Position numbers and translations under genes: made by a program
Assembly (NCBI GenBank): GCA_963714625.1
Contig: CAVQOY010000014.1
Span: 92,411-156,410, forward strand
Direction of reading: 5' to 3'
DNA: 64,000 nucleotides
From: an uncultured Actinomycetota bacterium
Lineage (GTDB): Bacteria > Actinomycetota > Actinomycetes > Propionibacteriales > Nocardioidaceae
Notes under the pieces: model-generated
What the model was told of the DNA's origin: nothing
The model's database searches: none
Seen by the model: only the letters and a program-made list of their open reading frames with translations
In this document: positions 17,669 to 24,352 of the stretch, piece by piece
Numbering within the stretch: position 1 is the first letter of the stretch
Layout of the letters: every line of letters begins with the position of its first letter

Positions 17669-18928
17669 ATGACCCCCGCCTCCCGACCCACCCACCGCAC
17701 CCCGCACCGCCGCACCTCGCGGGCGGTTCTGCCCGCCGCCGTCCTGAGCTCCGTGCTCGCCGTGGCGGCCCTCGCCGTCCCCGCCGAGGCGAGGCCCGGC
17801 GACAGTCGGTCGTCCGAGACGGGACACTCCCGGACGACGGCGGAGAAGCCCCAGGCCAAGCCCGGCACGAAGCCCGGCCAGGGCGATGCGAAGCCGCGGG
17901 GCCCGGCTGCCCCCGCCCGCACGGTCGACGTCATGACGCGCAACCTCTACCTCGGCGCCTCCCTGACCCCGATCGTGACCGCGCTGGCGGGTGGTGACCC
18001 GGGCCAGATCGTCGGCGCCGCGACCCAGACCTGGGGCGAGGTGCAGGCCTCGGCACCGGAGGCGCGCATGGCTGCGATCGCGGACGAGATCGTGGCGGCC
18101 AAGCCGGCCGCCGTCGGGCTGCAGGAGGTGACCGAGTGGACGACGTACGCCTATGACCCGGCCACCGGGGAAGCCAGCGACCCGACGCTCGTCTACGACT
18201 TCCTCGGGCTGCTGATGGAGGAGCTCGAGGAGCGGGGTGCGGGCTACCGCGTGGTGGAGGGTGCCACCGCGGAGAACTTCACCTCTGACCCGATCCCGGT
18301 GCTGTCGGGCCGTCCGTTCCCGACCGAGGCGATCGGCCTGCTCGACCGCGACGTCGTCATCGTGCGGGACAACGTGAAGGCCGAGAACGCCGAGAACGGG
18401 AGCTTCCGCACGATCCTGGGTCCGCCGGCCTTCCCGCTGGCGATCGACCGGGGCTGGGGCTCGGCCGACCTGCGGACCAAGCGGGCCTCGTTCCGCTTCG
18501 TCAACAGCCACACCGAGGCCTTCGGGCCGGAGGCGGTGCGGGTCGGCGAGGTGGCCGAGCTGTTCGCGGCTCAGGCCGCTGTCACCGCCGAGCACGGCGC
18601 GCTGCCGACGGTCTACGTCGGCGACTACAACTCGGACGCCCCCGACGGCGCCACTCCCGGCGAGGCGGCGTACGTGCTGCTCGCGAGCAGGCTCACCGAC
18701 TCCTGGGTGGCCGCGAACGGGCCGACGGGCGGTGACACCTGCTGCCAGGAGGACCTGCTGATCAACCTGACCTCGCAGCTCGACAGCCGTATCGACCTGG
18801 TGATGACGACACCCGACATCACCACCACACGCGCCGAGGTGGTGGGTGACGAGCCCGTCGACCTGCCGGGCGACGTCTGGTGGGCCTCCGACCACGCCGG
18901 GGTCGTGGCACGGGTCGTCACGCCCTGA
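17669..18928 (+). CDS. Secreted endonuclease/exonuclease/phosphatase (EEP) family protein
   Basis: Signal peptide (AVLPAAVLSSVLAVAALAVPAEA). EEP blocks LQEV, NSHTEAF, GDYN and SDHAGV. Confidence 0.8.
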   Translation: MTPASRPTHRTPHRRTSRAVLPAAVLSSVLAVAALAVPAEARPGDSRSSETGHSRTTAEKPQAKPGTKPGQGDAKPRGPAAPARTVDVMTRNLYLGASLTPIVTALAGGDPGQIVGAATQTWGEVQASAPEARMAAIADEIVAAKPAAVGLQEVTEWTTYAYDPATGEASDPTLVYDFLGLLMEELEERGAGYRVVEGATAENFTSDPIPVLSGRPFPTEAIGLLDRDVVIVRDNVKAENAENGSFRTILGPPAFPLAIDRGWGSADLRTKRASFRFVNSHTEAFGPEAVRVGEVAELFAAQAAVTAEHGALPTVYVGDYNSDAPDGATPGEAAYVLLASRLTDSWVAANGPTGGDTCCQEDLLINLTSQLDSRIDLVMTTPDITTTRAEVVGDEPVDLPGDVWWASDHAGVVARVVTP

Positions 18929-18940
18929 GGCTGGTCCGGA

Positions 18941-19396
18941 TCAGCTCTCCAGGAGCTGCGCCAGTCGCGCCAGGTCGGCGCGGTTCGCGCGGCGGACCGC
19001 CCGGGCCATGACCGGCGCGGTGACGGCGGCGAAACCGGAGGGCTCGCCGCGGTTGCGCAGCCGCATCACCGTGGCTCCCGGGTCCGACGGACCCGGCGCG
19101 TCGGTCCAGGTGTAGGTCGTCTCCATCGGGAAGGGCCCCTGGGCGGTGCGCATCACCAGCCGCTCGCCGGGAACCAGCTCGACGACCTCGTAGGTGTACG
19201 AGAGTCGGCGGCCGAGGAACCGGGCCACGAAGTCGAGGCGCGAGCCGACGGCCAGGGGAGGGGTGGTGCGCCACTCGACCGAGTCGATGTTGGCGTACCA
19301 CTCCGGCGCGTGCCCGGGGTCACCGGCGTACGCCGCCACGTCCGCACGGGGTCGCCGGATGACGATCTCGGTCGTGACGTCCAGGGGGCGGCTCAT
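18941..19396 (-). CDS. SRPBCC family protein (polyketide cyclase/dehydrase-like fold)
   Basis: Typical SRPBCC N-terminus (LDVTTEIVIRRPRADV), with WYANI and VELVPGERLV. Start chosen at MSRPLD (ATG 19396) within ORF 18941..19420. Confidence 0.8.
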   Translation of the reverse strand: MSRPLDVTTEIVIRRPRADVAAYAGDPGHAPEWYANIDSVEWRTTPPLAVGSRLDFVARFLGRRLSYTYEVVELVPGERLVMRTAQGPFPMETTYTWTDAPGPSDPGATVMRLRNRGEPSGFAAVTAPVMARAVRRANRADLARLAQLLES

Positions 19397-19475
19397 GGCC
19401 AGGATGCTGCCACGGATCACGGTGCGGCGGGGTCGAGGTCACCGGTGGGGCCCACGTTCGGGGCGGGCGCGTCGA

Positions 19476-19592
19476 TCAGACGGTGCCGCCGAGCTGCTCC
19501 TTGGTGTCGGCGAGAGGGCCGTCCTGGACCACCAGCTCCCCGGTGGCCTCGGCCGTCATCTCGGGGTGGTGCATCAGCAGGGTGCAGCGCAT
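19476..19592 (-). pseudogene. 38-codon ORF resembling a collapsed YciI/DGPF-family gene
   Basis: MRCTLLMHHPEMTAEATGELVVQDGPLADTKEQLGGTV resembles the N-terminus (MRYxLLM) joined to the DGPFxExKEQLGG block of roughly 115-aa YciI-like proteins. A purine-rich GAGAGGA lies upstream. It could be a remnant or a real micro-ORF. Confidence 0.3.
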
Positions 19593-19696
19593 GGTCTCGT
19601 CCTCTCGGATCAGGTCATCGTGACACCCCCAGGACGATGTGGCACCGGTCCGATCGACAGTCCCGGGAAACATTCTTCTCTGTCAGACTCCGGAGC

Positions 19697-20761
19697 ATGA
19701 CCCGCTACGGCCAGCAGTTCGGCCCCGACTTCACCTTCCTCGGCGTCGACCGGTGCGACCTCGACGAGCCCGCGTCGTACGCCGCCGCGGACGTCGTGAT
19801 CCTCGGCGCCCCTTTCGACGGCGGCACCTCCCACCGACCCGGGGCGCGCTTCGGGCCGCAGGCGATCCGGGAGCAGGACTACCTGGCCCACGACGGCTCG
19901 CGGCCCAGCCTGGCGCTGCGCACCGACGGGTTGAAGGACCTGCGCGTCGTCGACGCCGGTGACGTGGAGATGTACTCCGGCGACATCGAGCGCTCGCTGC
20001 CCGCCCTCGAGGCCGCCGTCGAGAAGGTGACCCGCGCGGGAGCGATCCCGGTCGTGCTCGGCGGCGACCACTCCATCGCCTACCCCGACGCCAAGGGGGT
20101 GGCCAACGTGCTCGGCCACGGCCGGGTCTCGATGATCCACTTCGACGCGCACGCCGACACCGGCGACATCGAGTTCGGGTCGTTGTGGGGCCACGGGCAA
20201 CCGATGCGACGGCTCATCGAGTCCGGGGCGCTGCGCGGCGACCGCTTCCTGCAGATGGGGCTGCGCGGCTACTGGCCCGAGCCGGACACCCTGGACTGGA
20301 TGGCCGGCAGGACCATGCGGTCCTACGAGATGACCGAGATCGTCCACCGTGGTCTGACCGACTGCCTCACCGAGGCGTTCGCGATCGCCACCGACGAGTG
20401 CGAGGGCGTCTTCCTCTCCGTCGACGTCGACGTCTGCGACCCCGGGCACGCGCCGGGCACCGGCACCCCGGAGCCGGGCGGCCTCACCGCACGCGAGCTG
20501 CTCGACGCCGTACGACGTATCTGTCTCGAGCTGCCCGTGGTGGGCGTCGACGTCGTCGAGGTCAGCCCGCCCTACGACCACGCCGGCATCACCGCGGCCC
20601 TGGCCAACAGGGTCGTCCTCGAGTCGCTGAGCGCGATCGCGCGACGTCGCCAGGACGCCCGTGACGGCACGACGTGGAACCCGCTCCAGCCGTTGCTGTC
20701 GGGACGGCCGAGCAGCCCCGCCGTCCCGAGCGCCGGCCCCGAGTCGGGAGAGGACGCGTGA
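19697..20761 (+). CDS. Agmatinase-family ureohydrolase (agmatinase / guanidino-acid hydrolase)
   Basis: Mn-binding blocks GGDHSI, FDAHADT and SVDVDVCDPGHAPGTGTPEPGG. Start MTRYGQQ (ATG 19697) within ORF 19310..20761. Confidence 0.9.
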   Translation: MTRYGQQFGPDFTFLGVDRCDLDEPASYAAADVVILGAPFDGGTSHRPGARFGPQAIREQDYLAHDGSRPSLALRTDGLKDLRVVDAGDVEMYSGDIERSLPALEAAVEKVTRAGAIPVVLGGDHSIAYPDAKGVANVLGHGRVSMIHFDAHADTGDIEFGSLWGHGQPMRRLIESGALRGDRFLQMGLRGYWPEPDTLDWMAGRTMRSYEMTEIVHRGLTDCLTEAFAIATDECEGVFLSVDVDVCDPGHAPGTGTPEPGGLTARELLDAVRRICLELPVVGVDVVEVSPPYDHAGITAALANRVVLESLSAIARRRQDARDGTTWNPLQPLLSGRPSSPAVPSAGPESGEDA

Positions 20762-22119
20762 TGCACTCCGTCGACCAGACCACCGAGCAGATGGTCCGCA
20801 GCGTCCTGGCCTACGCCGAGAACCGGTTGCGGATGGACCCGGTGCCGCTGGACAAGGCCACCCTCGACCCGGCGCGGCTGCACGACCGCCTGCGGGGCGT
20901 GATCCGCGAGGAGCCGCGTCAGCCGGACGAGGTGCTCGGCGTCTACTCCTCGGTGATCGCTCCCAGTGTGATCTCGGCGGACAGCCCGCGCTTCCTGGGC
21001 TTCATCCCGGCGGCGCCCACCAAGGCCAGCCTGCTCTTCGACATGCTCGTGTCCTGCGCCTCGATCCAGGGCATCTCGTGGCTGGAGGCCTCCGGCGCGA
21101 TCGCGGCGGAGAACTCGGTCCTCTCCCTGCTGGCCTCCGAGATGGGCATGGAACCGACGGCCGGCGGCTGCTTCGTCTCCGGCGGGTCGGCCGGCAACCT
21201 GTCGGCGCTGGCGGTGGCACGCGAGACCGCGAAGCGGGAGCGAGGGCTGACGAACCGGCCGAAGGTCGTGGTCAGCCTCGACGCGCACTCCTCGATCACC
21301 AACACCCTGATGCTGCTGGAGATGGACGCCCTCGTCGTGGAGACCGACGACCACCGCCTGACGCGCTCGTCGGTGGAGCGGATGATCGCGCGCACCGACC
21401 CCTGGGTGCTCAACGACGTGGTGGCCGTCGTGTGCACCTCGGGCACCACCAACGCCGGCATCATCGACGACCTCGACGGGGTCGGGGCGCTGGCCGAGGA
21501 GCGCGGCTGGTGGTTCCACGTCGACGGGGCCTACGGCGGTGCGGGTGTGCTGGTGCCGTCGCTGAAACCGAAGTACGCCGGCATCGAGCGGGCCGACTCG
21601 TTCATCGTCGACCCCCACAAGTGGATGTTCACGCCGTTCGACTGCTGCGCCCTGATCTACAAGCGACCCGAGCTGGCGCGACGTACCCACACCCAGGACG
21701 CCTCCTACCTCGACGTCATCCGCGACCAGGGCGGGGAGTGGAACCCGACCGACTACGCCTACCACCTGACCCGGCGGGCGCGGGGTCTGCCGCTGTGGTT
21801 CTCGCTGGCCGTCAACGGTGTCGCGGCCTACCGCGAGGCGATCCAGGTCAGCGTCGACCTGGCGCTGGCGGCGGCCGACCTGGTCCGGGCCGAGGACCAC
21901 CTCGAGCTGATCCGCGAGCCCGACCTCGGGATCGTGCTGTTCCGCAGGATCGGCTGGGAGCACCAGGACTACGACGCCTGGGCACGCACGCTCCACGACG
22001 ACGAGGTCGCGTTCATCCCGCCGAGCAAGTGGGACGGCGAGACGGTCGGCCGCTTCGCGTTCCTGCACCCCGACACCACGCTCGACGTCGTACGCGAGGT
22101 CATCGCTCGCACGCGCTGA
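20761..22119 (+). CDS. Group II PLP-dependent decarboxylase (aromatic-amino-acid / glutamate decarboxylase fold)
   Basis: FVSGGSAGNL, HVDGAYGG and the PLP-lysine block SFIVDPHKW. ATG 20761 overlaps the upstream TGA by 1 nt (TGATG). Confidence 0.85.
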   Translation: MHSVDQTTEQMVRSVLAYAENRLRMDPVPLDKATLDPARLHDRLRGVIREEPRQPDEVLGVYSSVIAPSVISADSPRFLGFIPAAPTKASLLFDMLVSCASIQGISWLEASGAIAAENSVLSLLASEMGMEPTAGGCFVSGGSAGNLSALAVARETAKRERGLTNRPKVVVSLDAHSSITNTLMLLEMDALVVETDDHRLTRSSVERMIARTDPWVLNDVVAVVCTSGTTNAGIIDDLDGVGALAEERGWWFHVDGAYGGAGVLVPSLKPKYAGIERADSFIVDPHKWMFTPFDCCALIYKRPELARRTHTQDASYLDVIRDQGGEWNPTDYAYHLTRRARGLPLWFSLAVNGVAAYREAIQVSVDLALAAADLVRAEDHLELIREPDLGIVLFRRIGWEHQDYDAWARTLHDDEVAFIPPSKWDGETVGRFAFLHPDTTLDVVREVIARTR

Positions 22120-22138
22120 CCCGTCCCAGCCGACCTCT

Positions 22139-22224
22139 GGCTGGCTCCTCGCCCACCCCGGCTGGTTCCTCGCCCACCCCGGCTGGTTTCCTCGCCCACC
22201 CCGGCTGGTTTCTGGTCACTCCCT
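22139..22224. repeat. 21-22 bp tandem repeat, 3 good copies plus 1 degenerate
   Basis: GGCTGGCTCCTCGCCCACCCC / GGCTGGTTCCTCGCCCACCCC / GGCTGGTTTCCTCGCCCACCCC / GGCTGGTTTCTGGTCACTCCCT. Lies in the convergent intergenic region. Confidence 0.9.
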
Positions 22225-22280
22225 GCTGGGGTGCCTGTTTGTGGTCGCTCGCTGCAGCGCAGAGGCCTGAAAAACTGCAG

Positions 22281-22370
22281 GCAGTGACCAGGACCGGGCC
22301 GGCCGGCAAGCAATGACCAGGACCCAGGCCTGCCAGTAGGCAATGACCAGAACCCGGCCCGCGGCTCGGG
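22281..22370. repeat. 30-bp periodic repeat x3 with a conserved 14-bp head
   Basis: GCAGTGACCAGGACC.. / CAATGACCAGGACC.. / CAATGACCAGAACC.. at exact 30-bp spacing. The tails are variable and GC-rich. Confidence 0.85.
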
Positions 22371-22378
22371 CAGGCGGC

Positions 22379-23221
22379 CTACTCGGCGCGGAAGACCAGC
22401 GAGGTTCCGCCGCGGGTGAGCGTGAGACGCTCGCCCTCCACGACGTACGCCGACCCGGCGAGCAGCTGGGCCAGCGGGGCGCCCGCGACGAGGCACTGCC
22501 GCTCGGTCCCGCCCAGGTCGCCGCCCGCTCGGATCGCGTCCGCCGTGACCTTGACCGGTCCGAAGAACTCGTCGCAGCCGTCGAAGCCCACGACCCGGCC
22601 GTCGGTGATCCGGAACCGGGGGAGCGCCTCGTCCGGGCCGCCGACCGAGCTGGACGCGACGTCGCCGTCGACGGTCGACTCCAGCAGCCAGGTCGTGCCC
22701 TCCAGCGGTACGTCGTCCGGGGCCGGCTCGGTCGCGAACCGGGCGGTGGTCGTCGCACCGGTCAGGGTGAATCCGTGGTCCGTCGTCGTGATCTCCGGCC
22801 CGGAGCCCAGCAGCTCGGCGACCCACTGGTCCTGCTCCATCCGACCGGGCTCGCAGCCCATCTCGGTCATGGCCAGCCCGTCGACGGCCAGCCGGCCGTC
22901 CTCCACCCGGGCCCGGCCCGACATGCCGTTGCAGCCGGCGTCGGCCGAGAGCTTCTCGCCGTCCCAGGTCAGGCGCAGGGTCGTGCCCTCGACGAGCGTC
23001 TGCCCGGTCACGTCCGTCGCGACGTACGTGCCGTCCGCCGGCGCGCCGCTCACGCTCGCGTCGTCGCCCTGCCCGGCGTCCGAGCCCGCCGAGCCGCTGC
23101 CCGAGCCGCTGCCCGAGCCGCTGCCCGAGCCGGCGGTGGAGTCGCCGCACCCAGCCACGGCCAGGACCAGCACCGTGAGGACGGCGAGCAGAGGAATCGT
23201 CACGCGTCGCATCATCGTCAT
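22379..23221 (-). CDS. META domain-containing lipoprotein (HslJ-like), two META repeats
   Basis: Start MTMMRRV (ATG 23221). Lipobox LAVAGCG, (GS)n linker, then two META-like modules (..AGCNGMSG.. / ..FDGCDEFFG..). Confidence 0.8.
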   Translation of the reverse strand: MTMMRRVTIPLLAVLTVLVLAVAGCGDSTAGSGSGSGSGSGSGSAGSDAGQGDDASVSGAPADGTYVATDVTGQTLVEGTTLRLTWDGEKLSADAGCNGMSGRARVEDGRLAVDGLAMTEMGCEPGRMEQDQWVAELLGSGPEITTTDHGFTLTGATTTARFATEPAPDDVPLEGTTWLLESTVDGDVASSSVGGPDEALPRFRITDGRVVGFDGCDEFFGPVKVTADAIRAGGDLGGTERQCLVAGAPLAQLLAGSAYVVEGERLTLTRGGTSLVFRAE

Positions 23222-23329
23222 GGTGGTGGGACGCAGTCCACCCGGGCCGGGTTCCCCCAAAGGGGGAGCCGCGTCGCCGTACGCCGGGGGCTCCCCGCGC
23301 GAAACTGTCACATCCCGGCGGTTGCAACT

Positions 23330-23368
23330 CTCGGGAAGTGCCAAATTCACCGGGTCCCCGGTGAAACC
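23330..23368 (+). repeat. Solo copy of the 39-bp REP-like palindromic element
   Basis: CTCGGGAAGTGCCAAATTCACCGGGTCCCCGGTGAAACC matches the arms of the hairpin at 28906-28993. Confidence 0.85.
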
Positions 23369-23378
23369 GCAGCCGCCC

Positions 23379-24260
23379 TCAGCGCACCTTCTCGACGTAG
23401 GCGACCACCCGGTTGAACAGGTCGGTGGCACGGCGCAGATCGCGCTGGCTGGGCTCGGGGGGGCGCATCCGGTCGAGGTCGTGGAGGACCGCGCGGGTGT
23501 CCCAGCCGGCGTCGCCGACGATGTGGGCCATGGTTCGCGCGGCCTCGCTCACCGGCTCGGGCTCGAGGCTCCAGACCGACTCGAAGACGCGGTCGCGATC
23601 GACGACGCCGACCTGTCCGGGGATCTCCCAGGCGGTGAGCACGGCCGGGAAGTCCTCGGCGAGACAGACCAGGGTCCACTCGCGGTGCATGGGGGCGCCG
23701 TCGGGCAGCGACACCTCGATCGGTGCCTGGGCGCGAGCGACGTTCTCGGGGAAGTCGGCCACCGCCCAGACTCCGCGGGCGGTCCGGGACAGGTCGCGCC
23801 AGCGGTTCTCGGCGCGGCGGTAGTACTTCTCGCGCTGGAAGGCGCCGAAGATCCACGGTGACGAGGCGCGGGCGCAGCACTCGTCCTCCAGCGCCCAGGA
23901 CAGCGCGAGCAGCGTCGACTTGCGCAGCCGGTGCGGGCGCAGGTGGGGGTGCCGTTCGCGCAGCTCGGCCCACACCGAGGTGGCAGGGGAGGCGGCGAAC
24001 TGCGAGACCTCGGTGATGGCGGCCTCGAGACGCACTCCGACCTCGCGGCGCTGCTTGACCCGCATGATCGAGTCGACGACCTCCTCGGGGTAGCGGCGGT
24101 GGCCGCTGGGCAGCCGCAGGGCGAGCGGGAACCCGTAGCGGCTCTCCCACATGCGCAGGTTGCTCGCGCTGATGCCGGTACGCCGCGACAGCTCACCGAT
24201 CGTGAGCGTCCCGGGATTGACGTCCCGCTCGGTGCCGGCCTTGGCCCACGATGTCGTCAT
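23379..24260 (-). CDS. MerR family transcriptional regulator with a C-terminal sensory domain (DICT-like?)
   Basis: MerR HTH TIGELSRRTGISASNLRMWESRYGFP at the N-terminus. The roughly 200-aa C-terminal domain resembles DICT-type domains from memory only. Start MTTSWAK (ATG 24260). Confidence 0.85.
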   Translation of the reverse strand: MTTSWAKAGTERDVNPGTLTIGELSRRTGISASNLRMWESRYGFPLALRLPSGHRRYPEEVVDSIMRVKQRREVGVRLEAAITEVSQFAASPATSVWAELRERHPHLRPHRLRKSTLLALSWALEDECCARASSPWIFGAFQREKYYRRAENRWRDLSRTARGVWAVADFPENVARAQAPIEVSLPDGAPMHREWTLVCLAEDFPAVLTAWEIPGQVGVVDRDRVFESVWSLEPEPVSEAARTMAHIVGDAGWDTRAVLHDLDRMRPPEPSQRDLRRATDLFNRVVAYVEKVR

Positions 24261-24272
24261 GCAGAAAGGATA

Positions 24273-24300
24273 AACCTTCACAGGTTGTGGAGAAACCTGT
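24273..24300. promoter_or_regulatory. Overlapping dyads in the merR-amylosucrase divergent region (candidate MerR operator)
   Basis: AACCT-tcac-AGGTT (24273-24286) and ACAGGTT-gtggaga-AACCTGT (24280-24300). They sit in a locally AT-richer 92-bp intergenic region. Confidence 0.4.
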
Positions 24301-24352
24301 TCAACTCAATCGTCCCACGACGAGCAGGTCGTCCGGCTGGAAGGATGCACCC

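Noticed and set aside
22281-22370. Possible mini-CRISPR array (regular 30-bp periodicity).
   Set aside because: There are only three units. The conserved part is 14 bp with 16-bp spacers, far too short. There is no palindromic repeat structure and no cas genes in the window. I kept it as a tandem or phased-site repeat instead.
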